From the NCBI GenBank assembly GCA_038230375.1, contig JBBRNJ010000015.1:59665-123664 (forward strand): 64,000 nt of DNA. Direction: 5' to 3'. Position numbers and translations under genes: made by a program. Under the pieces are notes generated by a model that ran no database searches, had not been told where the DNA came from, and was given only the letters and a program-made list of their open reading frames with translations. Numbering within the stretch: the first letter of the stretch is position 1; every line of letters starts with the position of its first letter. Shown piece by piece: positions 21,532-30,644 of this stretch. Source of the DNA: Polyangiales bacterium (lineage in GTDB: Bacteria; Myxococcota_A; Polyangia; Polyangiales; Polyangiaceae).

Positions 21532-22491
21532 TCAGTGCGAGCTGTTTGCTGCCAGCCAGCGCTCTGCTTCGAGAGCGGCCATGCAGCCAGTGCCGGCGGC
21601 CGTGACGGCCTGGCGGTAGACGAAGTCCTGGACATCGCCCGAGGCGAAGACGCCCGGGATGTTGGTCTGGGTGGTGCCCGGCTTGGTCTTCAGGTAGCCG
21701 TTATCGTGCATGTCGAGCACGCCGGTGAAGAGGTCGGTGTTCGGCGTGTGGCCGATCGCCACAAAGAGCCCGGTGATGGCGATGTCCGTCTTTTCCTTGG
21801 TCTTGAGGTTCACGAGCCGCGCGCCCGTCACCTCGCCCTTGGACACGTCGAGGATCTCGTCCACGGCAGAGTTGTAGATGATCTTGATCTTCTGGTTCCT
21901 GAGGACGCGATCGATCATCGCCTTGCTGGCACGGAACTCCTCGCGACGGTGCACGAGCGTGACCGTCTTGCAGAGACCTGAGAGGTACATCGACTCTTCC
22001 ATCGCGGTGTCGCCGCCGCCGACCACGACCACGTCCTGATTCCGGAAGAACGCGCCGTCACACACGGCGCAGGCGCTGACGCCCTTGCCCTTCAGCGCGT
22101 CCTCGCTCGGGATGTTGAGCCACTTCGCCTGCGCGCCGGTGGCGATGATGACGGTCTGGGACTTGTATTCCAGGTTGTCGTCGCCGGCCCACACGGTGAA
22201 CGGGTGCTTCGTGAGGTCGACCTTGTTGACGTCTTCGGTGCGGATCTCAGCGCCCTGGTGGATCGACTGCTCGCGGAACGCGGCCATGAGCTCCGGCCCG
22301 GCGATCTTCGAGGGGAAGCCCGGGTAGTTCTCGACGTCGTTGGTGATCATCAGCTGGCCGCCGGGAATGCCGCCGCGGCTCAGGCCCTCGAACATGAGGG
22401 GCTTCAGGTTCGCGCGCGACGCGTAGATGGCTGCGGTGTGCCCCGCGGGGCCGGATCCGATGATGATCGTTTTGCGGACGTCTTGGCTCAT
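21532..22491 (-). CDS. trxB: Thioredoxin reductase
   Basis: GSGPAG, CAVCDG, GGGDTA and YRQAVTAAGTG. Confidence 0.97.
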   Translation of the reverse strand: MSQDVRKTIIIGSGPAGHTAAIYASRANLKPLMFEGLSRGGIPGGQLMITNDVENYPGFPSKIAGPELMAAFREQSIHQGAEIRTEDVNKVDLTKHPFTVWAGDDNLEYKSQTVIIATGAQAKWLNIPSEDALKGKGVSACAVCDGAFFRNQDVVVVGGGDTAMEESMYLSGLCKTVTLVHRREEFRASKAMIDRVLRNQKIKIIYNSAVDEILDVSKGEVTGARLVNLKTKEKTDIAITGLFVAIGHTPNTDLFTGVLDMHDNGYLKTKPGTTQTNIPGVFASGDVQDFVYRQAVTAAGTGCMAALEAERWLAANSSH

Positions 22492-22575
22492 GGCCCAGAA
22501 TCATAAGCCCAAACAGGCCCGTTCTGCATCCCCCGCTTCACCAGACTCCACCGAAAAATGGGTCTGCGGCGCTCA

Positions 22576-24234
22576 CTAGAAGCGGTAGGAGACGCCGACG
22601 TTGATCACATTGATCTGGTTCGTGATCGTCCCGAGGTTGATCGGGTAGTTCGTGCGGTAGCGCGTGCGCCCGTTCGGGCAGGTGTTGCCCGTGACGTTGT
22701 CCGCGGCCGGGTTGCAGGACGTGCCCGCGGTTCCGGAGAAGCCCTCGGCCTGAGGGTTCTTGTTGTCCTGGTCGGCATAGAAGATGTGGCCGTAGCCGAG
22801 CGAGAACTCGAGCGCGTTCGTCTTCGTGTTGTCCTCGTCGTAGCCGCCGAACCGAAGGCGATACGTGGCGCCGAGCGTGAGGCCGAAGTTCTGCGAGGCC
22901 GCGAACTGCACGTTCTGGAACTGCTTGTCCTGGCCGCGCGACTGGAAGAAGCCGCCCGCGCGGATGGCGAGGCGGTCGGGCATGGCGTTGTAGTCACCGC
23001 CGACACGCACGCCGAACACGTCCTTGTAGCCATTGGGCACGTCCGCATTCGGGGGCAGGTACGCGCCCTGGATGCCGGAGACGGGCAGGATGCCGTTGCC
23101 GTTCGAGTCGCCCGCGAACCGCACCTGCGTCGAATCGGCCGCGCTGTTGTTCGCCCAGGTGAGATCGATCTCGGCGTCGAACTTGTCCGTGAGGAGCGGG
23201 TCGCGCGTGTGCGCCTTGTGGACGCGGAGCTTGTGGTAGCGGAAGCCCAGCTTGGCCTCCATGGGGATCGCGAGCTTCACGGTGGCGTTGTCGCCCTTGC
23301 CGCACGGGTTGTTCGTCTGGTCCGCGGCGAGGCCGGTGCCGCAGTCGCTGAAGATCGTGTCGCCATGGGTCACGCCCGAGCTGTCGCCCTTGGCGTTCTT
23401 GGCCGTGTAGAAGTTGACCTGCGTGCCGACGTCGCCCCGCGCCTTCACGGCGTCGCTCCACTTGTACCAACCCGCGATGTCGATCTCCTCGGTCGGGCTG
23501 TAGAGGGCGCCAGCGGTGAAGCCGGGGATGAAGTAGTCCGCGACCTGGAGATCCGCACGTACGTCGTTGCCCGGGCCGAGCTTGTCACCATTGAGGCCGA
23601 GCGACGAGTTGGCGAGCTTGAACTTTGCGATGCCCCACTGGAACGCAGCGCCAAGGCGCAGGCCGTCGATGACCTCGTAGCCAGCGCCGATCTGCGGGAA
23701 GACGACAAGACCTTCCTTCTTCACGAGCATGTAGCGCGTGGGCGACGGCACCATGTCGCCGTTCGGACCCTTCACGAAATCGGGCCAGTGCGCGGCGCCC
23801 GCGGCGCTGGGGCCGATGACACCGACGCCAAGGCCAAGGCGATCGTTCACGCGATAGGTGAACGCCATCTGCGGATCGAAGCTCGGCTCGTCCTCCGCGC
23901 AGTACTTCTGGAACGTGTTGCCGCCGCCCGCAAGGAGCGGGTCCGCCTGAGAGGTGTCGAAGAGCGAGCGCACGCGCTGGTAGCACGAGTGCTGGAAGAT
24001 GACGTTGCTCTGCAGCGTGAGCCGCGTGGGCTGTCCTGCAAGACCGGCTGGGTTGTAGAAGACCGCGAGCGGATCCGAAGCGCGAGCGACCCAGGCGCCA
24101 CCGCGCGAGAACTGCTCCGAGCCGTTGTCCGGAAACTCCGTCACGTTCGTGGCGTGAGCAGAGCCTGCCGCAAACAGCGACGTTGCGAGGAGAGAGACGA
24201 CCGTGAGCGAACGAAGCGGCAAGCGCATGGGCAC
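22576..24234 (-). CDS. FadL/TodX-like outer-membrane transporter
   Basis: Signal peptide, RGGAWVARASDPLAVFYNPAGL and C-terminal YRF. Confidence 0.8.
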   Translation of the reverse strand: MPMRLPLRSLTVVSLLATSLFAAGSAHATNVTEFPDNGSEQFSRGGAWVARASDPLAVFYNPAGLAGQPTRLTLQSNVIFQHSCYQRVRSLFDTSQADPLLAGGGNTFQKYCAEDEPSFDPQMAFTYRVNDRLGLGVGVIGPSAAGAAHWPDFVKGPNGDMVPSPTRYMLVKKEGLVVFPQIGAGYEVIDGLRLGAAFQWGIAKFKLANSSLGLNGDKLGPGNDVRADLQVADYFIPGFTAGALYSPTEEIDIAGWYKWSDAVKARGDVGTQVNFYTAKNAKGDSSGVTHGDTIFSDCGTGLAADQTNNPCGKGDNATVKLAIPMEAKLGFRYHKLRVHKAHTRDPLLTDKFDAEIDLTWANNSAADSTQVRFAGDSNGNGILPVSGIQGAYLPPNADVPNGYKDVFGVRVGGDYNAMPDRLAIRAGGFFQSRGQDKQFQNVQFAASQNFGLTLGATYRLRFGGYDEDNTKTNALEFSLGYGHIFYADQDNKNPQAEGFSGTAGTSCNPAADNVTGNTCPNGRTRYRTNYPINLGTITNQINVINVGVSYRF

Positions 24235-24359
24235 GCGCTGAACCTACCTTCCCCTGTCGAAAAGTTCATCAGCTATCGCACATGGCGCATCGCGTCAGCG
24301 ACGCGCACCAGACCAGCCTGCCCAAGGACGCACCGCCGCGGACGACGACGTGAAGAGCG

Positions 24360-26357
24360 TCAGTCGCGGACGGGGGTGGCCTTCAGCGACGCGCGACCGT
24401 CCTTCACGTAGACCGAGAACTTCACGCGCTTGCAGCCGTGCTTCTGGATCAGCGTGTCGCGGTTCTTGCGCAACGTCTGCTGGAACTTCTCGAACGTCAG
24501 GCCGTCGACCGCCTCACCGCACTGGCGCTTGGTGCGGATGAAGTCGTCGTAGACGGTGAGCCACTCGGAGTTCTCGTCACCGGGCTTGGCCGCGCCATAC
24601 TGGCCGGTCGCTGCCGCGAGCAGGGCTGCGGGAGGCTCGCCCACCATCGTTGCTTCTTCGCGGTCGGCGTCGGGCGCGAGCGGCGCCATGGGGTTGAAGA
24701 GCGGCGACGCATTTCCCGAGGGCATCGGGACGGGCACGCTGCCGGTGATCGGAGGCATCCGGCCTGCCGAGGGCGCCGGAGCACCTGCGGCAGGCGTGGG
24801 CGCCGCGCGCTGGGGTTGCGTGCCGGTACCCGGGAACCCGGGAGGACCCCCGGGCGAACCAGGCATGGGTCCGCCAAGGGGCGGAGGTCCACCGGGCCGC
24901 TGACCAGGACCGGAGCCCGGGGGAGAATGTGGATTGGGTGCCTGATGGGGCTGCCCATGAGGATGAGGCATGGGCGGACGCGGCCCGTTGAGCCCATCTT
25001 GTCGCATGGGAGGAGGAGGACCGAAGCCACCGGGTGACGAGCCGCCCGACTGAGGAACGTTCGGGATCTGCCCCGAGCCTGCGCTGGAGTCCGCGAGCGG
25101 GAACGAGAACGCGCTCATGGCCGGGTTTGCGGGGACGGGGCCAAGGATAGACTCCAGGTTCGCGGGACGCTTGGCCTGACCGCCCGCCTTCTCGACGACG
25201 CGCTCCATACCCGCGTTGATGTCCACGGCGACCGCGCGGAGACCGCCGGAGAAGCGCGGCAACTGCAACGCATCGATCTTGCCGGCGCGGAGCGCCTGCG
25301 CCTGAACGACCATCTCCTTCTGAGGGCGCGAGTGCTCGATGAACGAGAACAGGAAGCCGAAGAGCGAGCCGCCCACGACCACGGAGATGACGAGCCACAG
25401 CTTGACGCTCGCCTTGTCCTTGTCGTCTGCGCCAGTGACGAAGCCCATGGGCCCGCCGATGGAGACCCGCGGACGCACCACGGCGAAGCCCGCGCCGTTC
25501 TCCTTCATCTCCCATGCATCGCCGGGGAGCCGCACGAAGATGGCGCCCGCCTTCTCGCTTCCGGACACCGACAGCCGCGACACGTCGGTGCGACCGGTGT
25601 CCTTGTAGCCCTTGTCGCCAGCGGGATCGAAGAGCTTCGCGATCTCCGGGCCGAGTAGCGCGAAGTTCCCCTCGTCGAACTCCTCACCTTGGCCGAGCGT
25701 GCCCGTGATGGGCTTCTGCGCGCCGGAGAAGAACGCGACGTTCGTGCGCGTGCGCTTTGCGATCTCCTTCGCGAAGCCCGCGTCGATCCAGCGAATGGCC
25801 ACGACGGCGCCCAGCGGAGGCTGGCCGATCTCGTCCTCGATCGGGCGGGTGACCACGCGCGCGACCTTGCCGTCCCAGATCCACGTGTCGTCGCGGAGGT
25901 TGCCGTGGAGCGCGTCGAACACTGCGGGATAGCCGCCGAGCTCGAAGCCCGTGGACGCGTTCGCCGTGTCGTACCCGACCTGCGAGACGACACGGCCGTC
26001 GCGGTCGACGAAGAAGAGCGCGTCGTTCTTGTACTCGGGCGGCAGGTTGTCGTTGAAGGCCGTGAGCGCCTTGCGACCGTCTTCCTTTGCGAACGTCGGG
26101 ATCGAGTCCTTGCCGTTGGCGTTCTTCAGGACCTTGCGGCTGGCGTCGTCAGCGCTGACGCGCAGGAGGTTGTCGAGGCGACGACGCGCGTCGATCTGAA
26201 GCGCCCAGCTCACGACCTGGCTGTCGCCCTTCAACGTCTCCGTCATGGCGAGCGCCGCACGCCGATCGTACTGACCGACCGCGAGCGACACCACGTACAC
26301 CGCCGCGCCCACGACGAGCGAGAGCAGGACGTACCAGATGCGGGACAGGATCATCAT
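24360..26357 (-). CDS. MXAN_5187-like membrane protein (TM, periplasmic domain, TM, Pro-rich linker, conserved C-terminal domain)
   Basis: C-terminal VYDDFIRTKRQCGE..LTFEKF..VKFSVYVKDGRASLKATP. Confidence 0.8.
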   Translation of the reverse strand: MMILSRIWYVLLSLVVGAAVYVVSLAVGQYDRRAALAMTETLKGDSQVVSWALQIDARRRLDNLLRVSADDASRKVLKNANGKDSIPTFAKEDGRKALTAFNDNLPPEYKNDALFFVDRDGRVVSQVGYDTANASTGFELGGYPAVFDALHGNLRDDTWIWDGKVARVVTRPIEDEIGQPPLGAVVAIRWIDAGFAKEIAKRTRTNVAFFSGAQKPITGTLGQGEEFDEGNFALLGPEIAKLFDPAGDKGYKDTGRTDVSRLSVSGSEKAGAIFVRLPGDAWEMKENGAGFAVVRPRVSIGGPMGFVTGADDKDKASVKLWLVISVVVGGSLFGFLFSFIEHSRPQKEMVVQAQALRAGKIDALQLPRFSGGLRAVAVDINAGMERVVEKAGGQAKRPANLESILGPVPANPAMSAFSFPLADSSAGSGQIPNVPQSGGSSPGGFGPPPPMRQDGLNGPRPPMPHPHGQPHQAPNPHSPPGSGPGQRPGGPPPLGGPMPGSPGGPPGFPGTGTQPQRAAPTPAAGAPAPSAGRMPPITGSVPVPMPSGNASPLFNPMAPLAPDADREEATMVGEPPAALLAAATGQYGAAKPGDENSEWLTVYDDFIRTKRQCGEAVDGLTFEKFQQTLRKNRDTLIQKHGCKRVKFSVYVKDGRASLKATPVRD

Positions 26358-27136
26358 CGGGGAGCGCCCCCATCCACGCCGCCGCCACCTGCGCCACCGC
26401 CTGCAGGGGCTGGGGCTGGCGTCACGCTCAGGGGCTCCTTGAGCTCCGTCAGGCGGTCTTTCGCCGCCACCGGCACGGGCTGCCCGACGGGCTTTCCGTC
26501 GAAGAAGGCCTTCAGGACGTAGTCACCGTTTGCGAGCGTGAACGCGAACGCGTTGTCGCGGCCCGGATAGGTGATCTGGACGGCTTGCGAATCGACGATG
26601 ACCCAGGTCCGCACGCTCGGGGAGAGCTCGTCGCGGAACTCGAACTTGCCAGCGCCCGTCGGTGCGACCCATTCACGGACGCCACCAGCGCTCTGGTTCT
26701 CCGGCTTGAAGGTGGCAATACCCACCCCGTAGATGCGGTGGTTGAACGGGTCGAAGTTCTTGAACTGGAGCTTCTGCCCGGGCGCCACGACGATCGTGGT
26801 GGGGTAGATGCGCCCGCCCGTGAGGCTCATCAACATGGCCTTTTCCTGCGGTGCGCCGCCACCAGAGGACATCGCCGCGATGCAGAGATCGTGCGAAGGA
26901 TTCCCTGACAGATTGAAGAACTTGGAGTCGACCGCGGGGGACGGCTCGCGCCAGGTCCAGCGGTGTGCATCCGTCTTGGCTGCCTCGACGTAGACGTCTG
27001 GGAACAGCTTCTCGTGGCCGATGATCCGCCCGCGAACGTTCGGGTTCACGGCAGAGACGGAGGGCGCCACCAAGGACGCCACAGTGAACGCCAAAAGCGC
27101 TCCAGCCAGGGCAAGGCAAGAAGGTAGTTTCTGCAT
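26354..27136 (-). CDS. Secreted hypothetical protein, possible cupredoxin-like fold
   Basis: Signal peptide and PTTIVVAPGQKLQFKNFDPFNHRIY. ATGA-coupled to the downstream gene. Confidence 0.7.
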   Translation of the reverse strand: MQKLPSCLALAGALLAFTVASLVAPSVSAVNPNVRGRIIGHEKLFPDVYVEAAKTDAHRWTWREPSPAVDSKFFNLSGNPSHDLCIAAMSSGGGAPQEKAMLMSLTGGRIYPTTIVVAPGQKLQFKNFDPFNHRIYGVGIATFKPENQSAGGVREWVAPTGAGKFEFRDELSPSVRTWVIVDSQAVQITYPGRDNAFAFTLANGDYVLKAFFDGKPVGQPVPVAAKDRLTELKEPLSVTPAPAPAGGGAGGGGVDGGAPR

Positions 27137-27214
27137 GTCTTCCGGGAGATGCCGAGACTACACTACTGAGCGTAACGCGTCATCGCTCAGATTTCGGGGT
27201 ATGCTTCTCCCATA

Positions 27215-29161
27215 GTGGACCAGCGCGAGCAGCGCGAGCAGCGGCCGCCCCGTCCGCCTGCCGAGAGCGTCGGAGACGACGAAGCCCTTCCGGTTTCGGT
27301 GCGGACGTCCATCGTACCGGTGCCCTTGAAACCCCGGGGGGACCGCCCGGCGCCGCTGGTCTTCAAGCAGGGCGCGCGGGCTCCGTACGGGGTGCGCTGG
27401 TACGGAGTCACGTCCCTTTACGGCCACATGCGGAATTTCGTGTCCCGTGCGATCGCGGCAGAGTCGGTCGACTCGCGCGACTGGATGCGGCCGAACCCAC
27501 CGGCGGACCTGCTCGCGTCGGCCTGCCGGACGCTGGAGATCCAGCCCGCGCCTTCCCTGGTCGAGGCGCTCGGTCGTCCCGTGTGGATCGATTTCGCCGC
27601 GGACACGGGCGACGACCGTGATGTCTCCGCCGCCGTGGGCCGCATGGTCTCGGACGTGTACCAGGTGGATGGCCGGGTGCTGCCTCGTGGGGACGTGCTC
27701 CTCTTTGGCGGGGACATCGCCTATCCGGTCGCGACCGCGGACGAGATCCACGCGCGCCTCATTCTTCCGTGGAACGAGTCGCTGCGCGAGCTGCGGTCGA
27801 GCGGCGAGCGGCGCGTCCTGCTCGGCGTCCCAGGCAACCACGACTGGTACGACGGACTCGACGGCTTCGGCCGCCTCTTTCGCAAGCGTGTCGACGAGCC
27901 GCTGCGGACCGATCACAAGGACCAGCGCTCTCGGCTGGCGCAGCGGATCGCGCGGCGGCGCGGCCGCAAGCTGGGTCTCGTGGCGCGCGGGCTCCACCTG
28001 GACGAGGTGGGCGCGGCGGTCGGATTCCTGCCGCGCATCTTCAAGTCCGTACGGGCGTTCTTCCGGGGCGTCGCAATCCGTCGCCGGAGGCGTCTCGCGC
28101 TGCGTGGCTACGAGCCCGTGCAGGAGGCCAGCTATTTCGTGCTGCCGCTTGCGCGCGGGCTCGAGCTCTGGGGCGCGGACCGTCAGCTCGGGCGCGTGGA
28201 CTTCCGCCAGCGAAGCTTCTTCAAGAAGCACCGCCAGAGGCACCCAGAGATGCGCGTGCTCTTCGCGGCCGGCGACCCTGCGATAGCGTACGGCGAGCGG
28301 CACGCACCCGGTGCGGACATGCTTGCGGCCTGCCGGCTCTCCTTCCTGGACGACCGTGTCTTCTTCCTTGCAGGGGACTACCACCACTACGAGCGGCGCG
28401 CGGTCGGCGACAAGAGCATCCACGTCATCGCCGGCGGCGGCGGTGCATTCTTGCATGGTACACGTATCGCGCCGTACCCCGATGGCGACCCCGCACGCGT
28501 CTGGCCCGACGCGAAGATGACCAAGCAGCTGGTGTGGCAGGTCCCACTGAAGCTCATGGCGGGTCGAGCCGGTCTGATGGTGCACATCGCGTTCGGGCTC
28601 TTCGGATTCCTGGCGATGGGTGCGGCGGAGCGAAGCGGCACGGCGCTGGCGCTCGCGTCGCTCGTGATGAGCGGCCTCATCTGGATGTTGCTCTTCGGCG
28701 TGGGCGCGGCGCAAGGTCGGCACCCGAAGAAGATCGCGGCCGTGTCACTCCCGTTCGGCGTGGCGCTGGGCTTTCTTCCGATGCTGCTGCGCATGGCGAT
28801 CCCGCGCGTGGTGCCACACCTTGCACAAGACACCGTGGTGCTGATCGCCTACGCATTCGCGGGGTCGTTCCTCTTTGGCCTCTTCCTTGTGGCCGTGACG
28901 GTGCTGGGCCTGGAGCACCAGCAAGCGTTCACGGTCCTGGGTCATCCGGGGTTCAAGCATTTCGTGAGGCTGTGCGTGCACCCGAGCGGGAAGATCGAGG
29001 CGTGGGTCATCGGCAAGGACGACATGCTGGCGACGGGGGATCCGGAGCTGATCGACAAGTTCGAGTGGCCGACGACGGCGGCGACTTCGACATCGACCTC
29101 GACTTCGACGACGACTTCGACGGCGACTTCGACGACGACCTCGACTTCGACGACGACCTGA
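27215..29161 (+). CDS. Calcineurin-like metallophosphoesterase with C-terminal TM helices
   Basis: ADTGD, GGDIAYP, GNHDWYDG, GDYHHY and GGGGAFLH. Confidence 0.85.
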   Translation: MDQREQREQRPPRPPAESVGDDEALPVSVRTSIVPVPLKPRGDRPAPLVFKQGARAPYGVRWYGVTSLYGHMRNFVSRAIAAESVDSRDWMRPNPPADLLASACRTLEIQPAPSLVEALGRPVWIDFAADTGDDRDVSAAVGRMVSDVYQVDGRVLPRGDVLLFGGDIAYPVATADEIHARLILPWNESLRELRSSGERRVLLGVPGNHDWYDGLDGFGRLFRKRVDEPLRTDHKDQRSRLAQRIARRRGRKLGLVARGLHLDEVGAAVGFLPRIFKSVRAFFRGVAIRRRRRLALRGYEPVQEASYFVLPLARGLELWGADRQLGRVDFRQRSFFKKHRQRHPEMRVLFAAGDPAIAYGERHAPGADMLAACRLSFLDDRVFFLAGDYHHYERRAVGDKSIHVIAGGGGAFLHGTRIAPYPDGDPARVWPDAKMTKQLVWQVPLKLMAGRAGLMVHIAFGLFGFLAMGAAERSGTALALASLVMSGLIWMLLFGVGAAQGRHPKKIAAVSLPFGVALGFLPMLLRMAIPRVVPHLAQDTVVLIAYAFAGSFLFGLFLVAVTVLGLEHQQAFTVLGHPGFKHFVRLCVHPSGKIEAWVIGKDDMLATGDPELIDKFEWPTTAATSTSTSTSTTTSTATSTTTSTSTTT

Positions 29162-29263
29162 ACATCGACTTCGACGACGACGACCTCGACTTCGACGACG
29201 ACCTGAACCTCGACCTCGACCTCGACGACGACCTGAACCTCGACCTCGACCTCGACTTCGACC
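29070..29263 (+). repeat. TCGACC/CGA mixed tract spanning the stop codon into the intergenic space
   Basis: Unit cgacgacgacctgaac occurs three times, giving in-frame TGAs at 29159, 29204 and 29234. Confidence 0.95.
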
Positions 29264-29270
29264 TTCGGCG

Positions 29271-30644
29271 TTAGCCTACTGGGCGCAGGAGGATCACGAA
29301 GCGGGTTCCCGTTCCGTCTTCGCCTGGCTCGGCCCAGATTTCTCCCTTGTGCTGCTCGACGATGTTTCGCACGATCGACAGGCCCAGGCCCGTGCCGCGG
29401 CCTTCGCTCTTCGTCGTGAAGAAGGGCGTGAAGATGTTGGTGAGGTTCTCCACGGGGATGCCGTGGCCGTTGTCCTCGACGGTGACCTTCACACGCTCGT
29501 CGAGCATGGACGTGGTGACGTGGAGGCGTCCGGCGGTCGCGGGCATGGCATGACAGGCGTTCGTGACAAGGTTCACGAAGACCTGCGCCAGCTGCTCCGA
29601 CATGCCGGAGACGTCAGGCACGGTGACGAAGTCGCGCGACACCTCTGCCCCCGCCTCTGCGATGACGTGCTCGCAGAACGCGAGCGCGCGATCGATCACC
29701 GTGGACACGCGCACGGGCTCGGTCCGCTGCTGCGAGGGCCGTGAGTACGTGACCAGATCACGCGTGAAACGGAGCATGCGCGTGGCGGACTCACTGATGC
29801 GGCGCAGGCGCTCGACATCGGCCGGATCCGAGGGGGTCGATGTCATCTTGCGGAGCAAGAGGTCGGTGTACGCGACGATCGAGGTGAGCGGGTTGTTCAG
29901 CTCGTGCACGACGCCCGCAGCGATCTGGCCCAGCGAAGCGAGCTTCTCCGCCTGCACCATGTGCCCCATGAGCACGCGCAGGTTCGTGGCGTCTTCGTTC
30001 GCCTTCCCGTGCGAACGCGCGAAGAGCAGGCCGCGGCCCATGCCCTGCGCGGCGCGCTCGAGCACATGCCTGGTGGCGGAGTCGGCCTCCATGAGATTCG
30101 GGTCGTCGCCGGCGACGTGCAGCGTGGTGCCGTTGGGCTCGGCGCCGAGCGAGAACTCGAACGCATAGCCCGGGAAGAGCCGCGTGGGATCCATGCCGAC
30201 GGCGCGGTGGTCCTCACCAGGCGGCGTGACCTTGTAGACCTTCTGCTCCGCGCCGCTGAGATCGCGCGTGCTCTTGCGCTCCGCGTTGAGCCCGTTCGCA
30301 GGAGGGGCTGATACCAGGCAAGCGCCCACGCCGCACGCGGGCAGGATGTCGGAGAGCGCGCGAAGCATCGCGAGGACCACTGCCTCCTCGCCTTCGGAGA
30401 CGGGGAGGTCGATCGTCGCAACGAGGAGTCTGTCGAGCCACGTCCCTGGCACGCTCGCGAGGCCGAGGCGCCCGGCGGAGATGCGCACCTCGCGGCTCAC
30501 CGGCATGCTGGACTGGACGGGCGTATGCGACTCGCTGACCTGCTGGTGCTCTCCAGAGGCGCGGCGCGTGTGCTCGCCCGAGGCGCGCTCTTCGGCGCTC
30601 TTCTCGCTCGCCTTCTCTTCGGGTGTTGCGTCGGTCTCTGCCAT
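29271..30644 (-). CDS. Cytoplasmic sensor histidine kinase (NtrB-like)
   Basis: HELNNPL, NLVTNA, DNGHG, PFFTTK and GTGLGL. Confidence 0.92.
   Translation of the reverse strand: MAETDATPEEKASEKSAEERASGEHTRRASGEHQQVSESHTPVQSSMPVSREVRISAGRLGLASVPGTWLDRLLVATIDLPVSEGEEAVVLAMLRALSDILPACGVGACLVSAPPANGLNAERKSTRDLSGAEQKVYKVTPPGEDHRAVGMDPTRLFPGYAFEFSLGAEPNGTTLHVAGDDPNLMEADSATRHVLERAAQGMGRGLLFARSHGKANEDATNLRVLMGHMVQAEKLASLGQIAAGVVHELNNPLTSIVAYTDLLLRKMTSTPSDPADVERLRRISESATRMLRFTRDLVTYSRPSQQRTEPVRVSTVIDRALAFCEHVIAEAGAEVSRDFVTVPDVSGMSEQLAQVFVNLVTNACHAMPATAGRLHVTTSMLDERVKVTVEDNGHGIPVENLTNIFTPFFTTKSEGRGTGLGLSIVRNIVEQHKGEIWAEPGEDGTGTRFVILLRPVG

Noticed and set aside
29159..29236. Selenocysteine recoding at the repeated TGAs
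   Set aside because: Low-complexity context, no SECIS-like hairpin and no catalytic motif.
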